From Schizochytrium sp. TIO01 (Eukaryota > Protista > Bigyra: Labyrinthulomycetes): a stretch of 64,000 nucleotides of DNA. Under the pieces are notes generated by a model. The model was given only the letters and a program-made list of their open reading frames with translations, was not told the origin of the DNA and made no database searches. A program made the translations under genes and the position numbers. Shown here piece after piece: positions 32,901-43,499 of this stretch. How positions within the stretch are numbered: position 1 is the first letter of the stretch; each line of letters opens with the position of its first letter. The stretch spans positions 1,193,859-1,257,858 of the forward strand of contig SMSO01000006.1 in assembly GCA_004764695.1 (NCBI GenBank). Reading direction: 5' to 3'.

Positions 32901-33827
32901 CAGACTGTATTTCCACGACACATGCACGAGTTGGAATTCTCTCCAAATCAACTAAATGCTATGATGCTCGTTGAGCCAAGCGCTGACCAGCCAAAAGTAG
33001 GTCTCACAACGGTGCTTGTCAGCGGGACAGACGTGAATTTAGCATGTGATATTAATGCTTACGAGTCGGTATTCCGTATTTTTGTCGCTTGCCCTGATGG
33101 CAAAGAACTTTCATACGTCCCAGCAAATGGATCGTCCTATGTCACTCTTCCCACGAACTATCGTCCACCGTCAGCTCGTGGCAAGGGAATTCCTCTTACT
33201 TCTAATGTGTATAATGCAGACCCTTCGCAGAGATTATACATGGACTGGTTTGAGGTGTCTAGAGAAGCAGCTGAGTTTAAACAATGTGCAAACGCTATTA
33301 CACGAGCTCAATGTAACTGCTCGTCGTATGATTCTTTGGAAGATAGCGAGCATAGCGAAAATGTATCAGATTGCATCACTACCGTCCAGAGAATGCTTTA
33401 TTCTGAGTATTTTGTACCTTCCTTTTTTCTGTTAAGTGACAGCCTTTCAACGGATTATCTTTTAAACTCGACTTTCCAAATTCGCGATGTTAATGGTCGT
33501 ATTGATTTCTGTACAAATGCGTCAGCCTACGATACTTCATATTGTGGAGAAAACAATGCGATTGAGTCCTTTGGATTCAGCCCTGGTCTTTACGATGCAA
33601 TCCTTTTTGTCGGAGAAGGGCTCTTTCATTTTGAAATCACAATCCAAGACCCCATCAGCTTTTGCGACCTAAAGACATATGTTCTACTTTACGTCGAGGA
33701 GCCTCCATTGACACCAAGAATGGAGTCTGTGGCAATTGCTGTAACCGCAGTTGTTCTTTTAGTAGTAGGTTTGGTTTCATATGTCATGTACTCTTTTTGG
33801 AGCCGAAGCGATGAACAGAAGATATAG
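29943..33827 (+). CDS. CATSPERB: CatSper channel auxiliary subunit beta homologue
   Basis: Signal peptide MSWLLTYLLALVLVLVLLATPAWA (ATG 29943) and a large Cys-containing ectodomain. TLPTNYRPPSARGKGIPLTSNVYNADPS...FKQCANAITRAQCNCS...SDC and GLFHFEITI...SFCDL...LYVEEPPL followed by one TM closely match the CatSper-beta C-terminal region as I recall it. Confidence 0.88.
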   Translation: MSWLLTYLLALVLVLVLLATPAWAASITAVHVTTVSLTREKVFQHEAVGWVVDVNIEDNEDTSTLNVSNEASELWVSVESDGEVLAKAALGLVQTHEANLTTTLTYTFDIAGAYPINAKLWRYWEAPELEDTMETVLLVEQAPVGCIEFYVTDGDVMAPGSTSTLQFAARFLRSSGETAMTGISDESLTTELIAMGERPHVFVNGEDDLSVARPATDVNDACEEQFNQTLDSGESGENHRCVRAKSTNNGWSIVIESQDWTGFSSIRVETQTSSSMNGNCGLSSTDVFISVVNSSDTFTQTNRTKSVLPAGLSLQNLERRVTSLATHTCIPSLAAAIVAQASTKIAESLLLSHDAFHSFSRFDFESENVLLDNELFCTSVNCSSLEIVELAFLDTEAIILTSSEGTFVANFANATVYFTKLQDAGWGIDGLENCRGESSSEAISLEHDMLALRAFLKRDNTIMEVMVKTTDSSVKAYSVVSFEDIVDIFRTSYEHELLSIVSSSLAPDFTLMLFKSQLAPYNIFVGKVCDTQSQVVDTISCTQIINQTSSSGYVPVLGYVFPDDTELQGMCIHTSGLAYFAYGDSLWASFDMASNFENILTLQPGEIIDQCPISSATRSVFIVKTSFGRIFMGKLHVKGMIEIYNHLGSDKLVALGGSNKAYWLRWSLNEELERFHIPLQAPFSTHVETSTNILDNVAWAITGTQGSRIALACVDMNSGQPMKACLGPQHEGMVIQPLKAQIYDVDLSTGIAYASTLSQTEMNNADIKSVLPCGLLLTTLSSFATACEGVRTAINISVVPSTDMEEDANECIENLSVGSTVTLSARYGSIVLFLTSSVQSGNAGSAYCIFGDPTNLVQGTATSFALHQNHWSLLHTDQLWLDFPSCPLENVQITPAVLSPAIRLLDKYDMFSMRTSLSIQKMDSNRAVEMVYNDTILWKAWPTENKLRILQNQGNLVDIQIHYQTNASDDATSWSSKVATSTYETYQTVFPRHMHELEFSPNQLNAMMLVEPSADQPKVGLTTVLVSGTDVNLACDINAYESVFRIFVACPDGKELSYVPANGSSYVTLPTNYRPPSARGKGIPLTSNVYNADPSQRLYMDWFEVSREAAEFKQCANAITRAQCNCSSYDSLEDSEHSENVSDCITTVQRMLYSEYFVPSFFLLSDSLSTDYLLNSTFQIRDVNGRIDFCTNASAYDTSYCGENNAIESFGFSPGLYDAILFVGEGLFHFEITIQDPISFCDLKTYVLLYVEEPPLTPRMESVAIAVTAVVLLVVGLVSYVMYSFWSRSDEQKI

Positions 33828-35123
33828 GATTGCTATCGGTATTAGTGCGTGATTACAAACCTGGTTTCTTCTGTATGCTCTTTTTTATGTTTCTTAAACG
33901 AAAATGTTATTTTCCCTTTTAGATGGTTCTTCTCCTTGGGGGTCAGTACGCTATCTGTCTCAATTTCGTTGAAGGTTGCACTAGCGACGCCTTGGATCTC
34001 GATCTTCAAACGCAATGGTCGAAAACGGGTTAAGGTTACACATGGAAAATAATTGAAGCTTCTACAGCTGCAAATTACAAACCCCAGATCCCCATTTGCG
34101 GTCTCACCAAGCAACAGTTGCTTCAAATTTCCAGTTTACGGGGCGTTAGTTTACAGCAATGCATTGATTGTTTGATTTTAAAATTAAAAAGAGAGGAAAA
34201 ACCGATATTCATCAAATGCCGGTAGCTTTTACATTCAACTGTTACGTGTGTTATGATTCAATTCCAGGTATGTTTTGCTTCAAGCCTCTTCCCGCGATTT
34301 CAACGCAAAGCAACCTCAGCGCAGCTAATTCTAAAGCCTCGAATCCATAGTATCGGAGAAACGGGAGAATCTTAAGCTTTTTACTCACATGATTTCTAAT
34401 TAAAATTTTAAAGGATTAATTTACCATTGGTATGGTTTTGCCGATCCTATTTTCCCTTCGCCTCTGCTACTATCGTTCCAAGTACCAGGGACACAGTTAG
34501 ACAAAAGAACACTTGAAAAGAACAAGCTCCTTTTTATGCTCTTGACAGAATGGAAATAAATTTGATTATTCTAAACCTTGTTTGTACGAGCAAGTGCAAC
34601 CGCCAAACCCCTTCGTGGAGGGAGCGGGTCCACGCTGCGCTACGCTGTGTGGCGTGGACGTAGCGTCGAAACCCAGCCAATCATCCTGGTGAACCTGTTC
34701 TCAGCAGGTAGTAAGGCGTTGCATCTGAGTCGTGTGGAAAAACCGCCTGGCAAGTCTTTCTATTCTCTTCACTTCTCTCACACGCTCAACTCTTATCTTC
34801 TGAGTGTTCTTGGTCATACATCTTCGAGTCATAGACGTTCTCATCTTGGGGCTGATCGAGCAAATACTTGAACTGTTTCAGGTTCTGCTGCGAACATTGC
34901 TGCAACAATCTCTCTTTGCATTGCTTTGTGAAACGAAATAGGTAGTCTAAGTTCTGCGAGTTGTACATCATCTTATCTATCTTGTGGAGCAGGCATTCGG
35001 CAGTCAAGGAGGTGCACAGAAACACATACACATCCGATATTTCCTCTATACACATACAGTCTTTTGACCATCTGAATTTGGAGGGCCTGGGTTGGCACTC
35101 GGAGAATTGCAGGTGCCTAGATC

Positions 35124-37566
35124 ATGGCTACAGAAATGTCGATGCAGCATGTCGCAGAGGCCAGTTTCCATGGGTAAGTACCAAAATTCACTTGTGAGAT
35201 GAATATATTTGCTTCTTTGCTTCGCTAACTTTTCTATTGTTTTTTCTAAACGTCAACGTTGGTACCCTAACAACTAACTGGGTTGGCTGGCTACTAATGG
35301 TATCTCTTTTGAATGATACAGGGTTGAATATGTCTTGTCCTGGACTGCAAATGATAACCAACTGTCACTAGATCTTGAAGACGCAAATAACTTTAACGAG
35401 CGATGGTATAGTGAGCTTGATGCAAAATGTGAGTTCTTCTAGTCTTGTTTTTTCTTTCTTTTTCTTTTTGTTTTTCCACAAAGAAATCGCTTGGGTACAT
35501 TGACAAGATGTACTTACAGATGGGAAGACTAACAGCTCAAGAGGGTTGATGCTTGCAAATCATAATTCTTTGGTTGTGTAGATGTGGAGGATATCACGCG
35601 CAAAACTGGCAGTTTTAAGCGCTTTCCCATTTTCTGTAAGATGCTCCATGCCGCAATGACAGGTCCCTCGGATACACTGTACGCTGATATTCTCACAATT
35701 CAAGACCTTGAAATGCTCAAAGCGCGCCAGCTGCGGGGCGCTGGAGGGACAAGTCCTTCTCATTCTCGTCAGCATGTTCCACCCACCCGCCCAGGAACGG
35801 GCGCTAGTAAACGTTACCTCATCGTCACTTATGTGACTGAATTTGACCGTGTTCATTACCCCCTCCCCCTTGCACTCTGCGTTGATCCCACACCCGCAAT
35901 GTTGAAGAGGACAATAGCTCGTATTCATGCAAGACGGGGTCGGTTTGGTTCACACTATCAGGAGGATACGGATCCTCGTGTAGAAGACTCTGCTTTTGGC
36001 ATGAATTTGAATGGTGAGGAAGCTAGCAATCATGCCCAACATGAGCACATTGCTAAACTGGAGGCAGAAAATGAGCGCCTCCGTGAACTTCTGCGCAAGA
36101 ACAAAGCACTCAAACGCAAAACCAAGGCCGTCTCTGCTATGAGCGAGGAGGTACAACTTCAACTAGAGGAGGAGCGTGAGCAGTGGGTCATGGAGCGAGA
36201 AGTCTTGGAAGAAGAAATCAAAGACCTTAGAGAGGAGCTCAATGCAATCGTGGCTGAAGATCGCCAAGTTTCGCGGACTATGGATCAACAAACTTTGGCT
36301 GTTAATAAGGAGAACCGGGTTCTTCGGGAGAAGGTAGCATCCCTCGAACAAAGCCTTGCGAAGGAGCGCGACTCACACAAACGTGTGCAGGACAGGCGTA
36401 AGCGCGAACTTGAGAATACTCTTCAAGAATTAAATCGCTTGCGAGCAAGCAATCGCCAGCTTCGCTCTCGAGTTCGAGATCAAACTAATGCACGACCAAC
36501 TTCTGGCGGAACTACTGCGCGTTCGCGTTCGCGTCCTCGGGTTTCAAAGCCTGCAGGTGGAACATTGAAAACAGGTACTGTGGCACGTGGGCGTGCACGC
36601 TCTCGTTCGACCAGTGCACAGTCGCGTGGTGGCAGGTCAGTAAGTAGTGCAGGTTCTCAGAATAGCCAGGATCACCCACGAACTAGAGCGGCTCGCACTG
36701 CAACGCGGACAACAAGAAGAGATGGCGCTCCACCTCGTCGAGTTCGTTCGAAGAGTCCTCGTTTTGATCCTACCGCATATCAGCGCGAGAAGGAGGCGAA
36801 GCGGAAGCAGTTGGATCAGGCACGAAGACGTGCAGCGATGCCTGCTTCACCTCGAGCACGTAACGCGGGGGCGCCTCGTGCAAGTCCTTCGCCTCGCTCT
36901 CGATATCTTAACGGCACAGCTTCGACGAATGGAAGAGCTGCGGCAACCGCATCGCGGACTACCAGAACAGGTGCAACGCGCCGACTGCATCTAAACACAT
37001 CTTCGGGATACTTGTCCGCAGACTCCGCAGGTTCGCGTCTTTCTGCTGGATCCCGGAAGTCTAATACATCTCGTATTTCGCGCTCCTCTAAGGCATCCAA
37101 GCAGAGCAAGACATCAGCCACCTCAAAATCCTCTGCGCGAAGTAAATCCTCTGTTTCTAAACGCAATGGTACTCCCCGGAGTGTGTCGTCTGGATCTGAA
37201 TCAAGGCAACTTCTGCAAGGCCATGTGAAGAAGAGTGGTGCTGGTACTCACATTTCTACAGCTACTGCACGCAAAGAGGCGGACACAGGGGCAAACAGAC
37301 CTTCTTCAGGACGTTCTCAACAAAGAGACCCACCAAACCAATCTCGCGTGCCCTCTTCTGGGGGGGTCACAATTGATGCGCCGCTAGGAAAATCAACACA
37401 ATTTCAAGACAATAATTTCTCTCATGCTGTACCAGCCGCTGACGTTTCGGCGTACTCGAACACAGCTGATACGTCTGTGGAAATAGATGATATCGACAAA
37501 CGGCTTGCTCAGTTGCAAACTTTTCTGAAACAGGAGAAAGCTAAAGCGAGTTTTTCTGCAGACTAG
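35124..37566 (+). CDS. CCDC61: CCDC61/Vfl3 centriolar (SAS-6-like head) coiled-coil protein; join(35124..35173,35322..35428,35582..37566)
   Basis: Splicing two GT-AG introns (gtaagt at 35174, gtgagt at 35429) gives ...SFHGVEYVL...RWYSELDAKYVEDITRKTGSFKRFPIFCKML...DILTIQDLEMLK...KRYLIVTYVTEFDRVHYPLPL, the CCDC61 head. A coiled coil, an R/S-rich tail with RFDPTAY, and EIDDIDKRLAQLQTFL follow. Confidence 0.92.
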
Positions 37567-38284
37567 ACATTATTTGTTGAAACTGTTCCAGTAGTAACAC
37601 ATATTCTTTTTGTTTTGCCATACCTAATGTTGCTTGACTTACTCACTTTATCACCTTCGATTCTATTTTTAGATCTCTGGCGTGTATTTTTTCTTTCCTC
37701 TCTTCTAAGTTCTTTTTTACATACATTTGTGTTTTTCTGGTCACGTTAAACGCGTGAAGGAGGACAACTCCAATTGAAAGGAGCAATATTAACCTTAGGG
37801 ATCAAGCTTGGGTCATGCAATAGGTAGAGCTGAGTATTGAATGGTGAGAATGAAAAAAGTATATATTCTTAAAATGAAAAGGCTGTCGTATTCAACAATG
37901 CTTAAAGCAAGCTGTGATACATGGTACTGAAGTTCGTCAGAAAGGTAAAAGTCCTACCATTTGCGAATGCTTAATCCTCAGACAGGGAGACAGGGGTGGA
38001 AATAATATCTGGGCTCTTTTCACGCCCTTTTCTTTCTTTTTGCCAGACCACCCCCCGTCCGGATGGCCATTTGTCACTCATGAGTACGTCTTTTTTTTTT
38101 GGTTTTTGTGCATTTACGTTATATCCAGTGCCGTGTCTTCCAAACATACAAATACGGTATATGATTCGAATATTTAGCCTACAAATCATTCTCCTGAGGC
38201 AAACACAAGCCCTGAAAATGTGTTGCAATAATTGAAAAGCTGATGTCCTCTCACACACAAAGGAAAAAGAGAAAAGCGACTAAT

Positions 38285-39547
38285 CTAGTTCTGAAACTGC
38301 TGTTGCTGCTGCATTTGCTGTTGCTGGGCAGATGTGTCAGTGCCATTAGGTTCAACCATGGCCTGTTCTAGCTGAATGAGCCACTTTTGGGTAGTGGCGT
38401 CATCCTTCAGAGTACCTGCAAAGGTATTGTCACGAAGAGCAGTGGGGAGACATGAGCGCAACGCATCCCTAGCGCGCGAATTCTCCGCAAGGCGTTGGTA
38501 GCAACGGATAATGTGCTTGAGTAACCTAGCCGAGGGGTTCTCCACCAGAGCAGATACCATGTTGCTCAGCACCGTACTCACAGCATAGAAACGCTCAGCA
38601 GTAGCGCAGATATAGTTTAGGCCCATGTCATCCAAGAGAATCTTTTGCACAATGAAGGTTGCTACGGTTTTAGAAAGTTCGCTTCCTGTCTCCATAATAC
38701 GGAGGCAGAGCGGGATAATCTCAGTAGAGAGGAGGAAGTTGATCACATCCGGGTCGTCCATCTTCACGAGCGCGCCGATGACACCCAGACTCGTGAGTCT
38801 GAGGTACTCAAACGGGCGGTTCTTACTTACGGTGTTAAGGAATGGATACAAATACAAGGGAATTTGAGCTGTGTTCATTCAAGCACAAACAACGCATACC
38901 ATTTTGTTTCGTTAGTCACTCATGTCGTCAGCACTCCAGCCCACAAATATCGATCTGAACTTCATCCAAGCCGCTTTGCACCTTATGGATAATCCTTTAA
39001 TATACGCAAGGAACAACGCAAACGGTTTCTGCACAGAGTTCCTCTCCTCAGTCTTGGAACCACATCCAAAGTCTGTTAGACGAAGCTAAAAGCTGAGATT
39101 TCAAATAACGTCGTGAAAGGACTGAGCAAAGCTAGGGTCTTTCGGTACACGCACAAGCACTGGGAGGTACGAAACCACCAGAGATGAAGCCCATGGGCAG
39201 TACTTACCGTTAAGGAAGAGTGTGCGTGTCTCAGGGTGCGAAGCTACGCACTGCAGCAGCGCCAGAGCATTACAGACACGGTTGCTGGCGTGAGCGGTGA
39301 GCTGCGGCGGCGAGAGTGAAGGGTAAATGGCAACGATCTCCTGCAGCAACGCGGAGATAGTGCCGAAGGAGTGCCAGAGGATCGGCGCAAGATCCGTGAA
39401 GGCCTCGCGCTTCTTGCTAAGCTCAAGAAGGGCACTCTCGCGCTGTTCAGGGTTGATGAGCTGCACCACGAGTTGAAACTTGTTGCCGTTCGCAGCATCC
39501 ATGGCGAGGCCCGAGGCCGCAGAGGGAACGGCGTGGGCAGTCTGCAT
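38285..39547 (-). CDS. CNOT9: CCR4-NOT subunit 9 (Rcd1/Caf40); complement(join(38285..38868,39208..39547))
   Basis: [13 protein letters not shown]...[11 protein letters not shown]...[21 protein letters not shown] joins across a GTAAGT...CAG intron (39207-38869) to [13 protein letters not shown]...[19 protein letters not shown]...[20 protein letters not shown]. Confidence 0.96.
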
Positions 39548-40574
39548 GGAGGCGAGGGCAGTAGGGGCAGGAACGCGGCAAGGGCGAAGAAGACCAGCGA
39601 CAGTAGCAGGAGCAGCGACCGCCCGAAAGGAGAATGTGGCAGATGATCGAAAGTAACTCAAAGAATGAATCACAAAGAAAGAAAGAAAGAAAGTCGAGGG
39701 AATAAGGATAACTTTTTCCCTTTATCGAAATTATATCTCACTTGTACAAGTACAGTATAGGAATATATAAAATAGAGAATGTTTTGGTTATACACTAGAA
39801 AATCAGTCCAAAGTAAAACAAACAGCCGAAAGCCTTTTTCGTACTTGGGGCTGTTGAAAAAGGGAAAAGTTGACCTAATGGTGCAGTTTACTCTATAGTA
39901 GAGTTTTATAGCCCATAGTACACTACCGTGTTGAAAGTTGCCTTTAGAAAGATCGTGTTAGTTGCACCGCCTTTACATTGTAATTCTTAGGCTGGTTTCA
40001 CTTCCGTGCCACTGCTTGCAGTACCTAGGTAGTACGTTTCTTAATCGATGGCGAGACAAGCGCTCAAGAGGAGCCGTGCCTGGGTCTCAGAGTGCAGTGG
40101 ATGCACTCCTCGGGCGACGAAACAAACCGCTCAGCAACACTGCTGCTCATGCACACAGGACAACTTCTGCTTGCTGATGCCGGTGCCTTACAAGAAGCGT
40201 TAGAACTACAACTCGAGCAGGGGAGACCATAGGTACCTGCTCACCGTAGTGCCATCGTGCGAGTCTTTCCACCGGTGAAATGAAAATTGAAGAGTGGGTG
40301 TCTCAGGGCAAGGCACACAAGATTGAGAGCAACATTCTCGGCTTGGTTGAGGCACCCGTTGAGCTCGCTCAAGAAGCACTCAGAAATACACGCGAGCAGC
40401 AAACGCAACCTGACCAATTCCGGCTGTAGACACCACCTTGGTCTCCGTTTTGATCCGAAAATCAATCTCAGACTATGTCTCAGGGAGGAAATCAACGCCA
40501 GCCTGCCGAGGACGTTGAGCGGACGTGGAAGGCGTTCTCAGATGGGCTCGGGGCGACCAAGGCTTAACGAATTC

Positions 40575-40693
40575 GCTCAAAGACCAATGGCTCAAAGACC
40601 AATGGCTCAAAGACCAATGGCTCAAAGACCAATGACCCAAAGACCAATGGCCCAAAGGCCTATGGCCAAAGACCAATGGCTCAAGGATCAATG
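40575..40693. repeat. 15-bp minisatellite (GCTCAAAGACCAATG) x ~8, degenerating rightwards
   Basis: Four perfect copies at 40575-40634, followed by four diverged copies. Confidence 0.92.
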
Positions 40694-41886
40694 GCGAGCA
40701 ATATGTTTTGCTGGGAATTGCTGGGGATGCATGAATGGATGGATGAATGCAGTGAATGCGAGTACAAAGCGTGCGCAGACATGCATGCATGATGGTCTCG
40801 ATGGCGGCACGTGAATGGCAGTAATCCTCCTCGCCTCGTTGTCTTCGTCGCGCTGAGTCGGCGTGCCGTGAGGCCACATGGCAGGCCAATGCCGGGTTCG
40901 CGAACGATCGAGAGCGACAAAAACGAAGTCGTGGGCCAGCATTGACGAATTGGTATCACCTTTTCAGATTCTGCAAATTGCAATGCTGGTTTGGCAGCGC
41001 TCTCGTTTGTACCAAGCAGCATCTGCAGCTAGGGCGTGAGAGGATGAAGCAGACACAGCACACGACGCATGGAGAATCCGGCGGGGCCCAGCTTGTGCTC
41101 CTCCTGCTCGGGCTTTGCTGTTCGCCACTCGCTCATTTCCAAATTGCAATTAGTTCATTTTCCATTCCTGTCAAACATCATATCTCCGAGCCTCATTGAC
41201 GACCGACCACAAGGCCAACCTAATTGGGCATGCAGTGAGCGAATAAATCGTGCATGCAATCGATGGATACGCCATGGGCGATCGAAGCACCAGAGCACTC
41301 GCTCGAGTCGATCGGCAAATATCCTGAAATTCCAGGTCGAGGGCCAGAATCGCTTCTGCTGCTTCTTCGTCCCTCCTTGTGCAGAGGATCCCGACAGGAA
41401 GAAAGGGTCCTCAGTGCGTGCAGCCTTAGAGTCTAACGAAGGAGTCAACCTCAAAGAAACAGCAGCAGAGGAATAACAACCTTCGGAATAGAACGAAATG
41501 GTTTCCATAATTGAATAGCTGTTACGCAGAGAGAGGCACTAGGAGTGGCCTACCTCCCGCTATAGCCAGTAGCTCTAATAAGCAGAGGAAAAAAGAAAGA
41601 AAGGAAGAAAGGCATTGTTATTGTTTTTAGAAGAATATGAATCAAAGATACGGTGACAAGTTCGATTAGTTTATTTACAATTTTAAACTTCATAGTAAAC
41701 AAACGAAGAAACGAACAAACAAAGAGGCGACTAGAAATAATAAATAAGCAAAGAGAAAGAAAAAGCACATCACGATTTTGTTTCACTTGCTAGCAGCTCA
41801 CTGCCTAGCATGTGCGTAGCCACTCCTATGGCAGCTGCTTCTTTCTCTGGGTTAGCCTGTTAGTGCGGCCTCATTGTAGCAATCAA

Positions 41887-42092
41887 TCTCTCTCTCTCTC
41901 TCTCTCTCTATCTATCCATTTATCTATCTATCCATCTATCTATCCATCAATTGAAAGCTCTGCTCTTTGTTTGTTTGTTTGTTTGTTTGTTTGTTTGTTT
42001 GTTTGTTTGTTTGTTTGTTTGTTTGTTTGTTTGTTTGTTTGTTTGTTTCTTTCTTTCTTTCTTTCTCTCTTTCTTTCTTTCTTTCTTTCTTT
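41887..42092. repeat. Compound microsatellite: (TC)n/(TATC)n, (TTTG)n at 41966-42045, (TTTC)n at 42046-42092
   Basis: Read directly from sequence. Confidence 0.95.
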
Positions 42093-43499
42093 CTGTCCCT
42101 TGCCAGAGTGCTCAGACTCGCTGCTGGCTGGCTTGGTGGGCAACGCAGGTCATCTTCTTGGAGCCCTCGGGACTGCAAATGCGGCAAGCGCTGAGCGGCC
42201 TGAGTGCCACCGTAGCGAGCGAAGGAGCGAAGGAAGTGATGATGAAATAAATACACAAACAGACAGAGAGATCGTTAGATGGTCAGGTAGTTAGACAGAT
42301 CGATGGGTAGATAGATTGTGGTACCAGTGCCCTAGAGAGGGGTAGGTGATGGGTAGCGATGTGTGGACAGACTAAGAACTCAAGGGCATTTGCATCACGA
42401 TGGTGGAGCAGTAGAAGTGGTAGGAGTAGGGCCTATTCAACTTTGAGAATGAAGATAATGATGAAGAGAGATAAAGAGGGAATGGGTGATTGATCAATCA
42501 GCAATCGCTGGAGATCTTCTTCTCGAGGATACTTTGCTTTGCTTTGGAGAGTATTCTTTGCATTTCTGATTCTTTGGAAAAGGAAAAAAGGGGAAAAGGG
42601 AAGAAAGACCCATCAAAGGCTCAACCTGAAGGTTTTTCCTTCTCATCTATTTAAATGATTTAATTTAAAAAAAGGGAAAAGGAAAAAGGAAAGGAAAAGA
42701 AAAGAAAAGAAAAAAAGTAAGAATTTGAAAATGACTTTGATTAGTTTAAAATTGATCGATCGATCGATCGACTTCGAAGAAGCACGCGCTTTCTTCGATC
42801 GATTTCGGGCGCTGCTGGCGGAGCAGACCCGACCTGAGGCGGAGCTGGGAACAGCTGCCTGCCTGCCCGCCTGACTGGCCGGCACTTGGTCTCGCTGCCT
42901 GCAGCCTCGCTGGGCTGCGTGGTGACGAAGGCGCTGAGAAGAAGATAGGGAGCGGCGCGAAGATAGTTTTCCCTGGGCTCGCTTGCCAGTGCGCGCTCGC
43001 TTGCTGGTGCGCGCGCTTGCTAGTGCGCTCGCTCGCTTGCTCGCTCGCTCGCTAGGGCTTCTTGGCTGTTAGCCTTTTGCTTGAGCCCCACGTTGTGCAT
43101 ACGTGCGGACTTACTCTTGTAATTGTGGGCGGTGGTGTCGTGGTGGCGTTGGGCGTTGGTTGTGTGACGCTCTTCTTCATTTCAATTCATTCGTTTGGTC
43201 ATCCTTCAGGGATTCTGGTCTACAGAAATATATCCTCAATCGACAGTCACAGTACAATCTGACAGCTTAAGCTAGGCCCAGGGTCTTTATCTTTGGTACG
43301 TCGAGGCTTCTCAAATTTTCACAAGCCCTCGAGTAGGTCGTCGTTGGCAAGTTCTGCCTTTTATTTTATTGCTTCATAGAAGTGGCTTTGGTCTCGGCAT
43401 CGTGGACAACTTTGACTTTAACTTTTGGTTTGGAATTCTCACGATTATTGATATTGGTATAGATATTGTCGTGGACGACAACGTTGGATAGTTAAGCAA

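Noticed and set aside
34650-34675. Hammerhead-like GACG-tag-CGTC-GAAA motif
   Set aside because: The required upstream CUGANGA core is absent.
40030-40570. Protein-like fragments (LRVQWMHSSG...; MKIEEWVSQGK...) and the 175-aa ORF 40287..40814
   Set aside because: The fragments need frameshifts and have no identifiable family. The 175-aa ORF is kept open partly by the 15-bp minisatellite.
40575-40693. Possible CRISPR array
   Set aside because: Repeats are contiguous with no unique spacers, there are no cas genes, and the context is eukaryotic.
41812-42294. ORFs with FVCL/QTNK repeats
   Set aside because: These are translations of (TTTG)n/(TTTC)n microsatellites.
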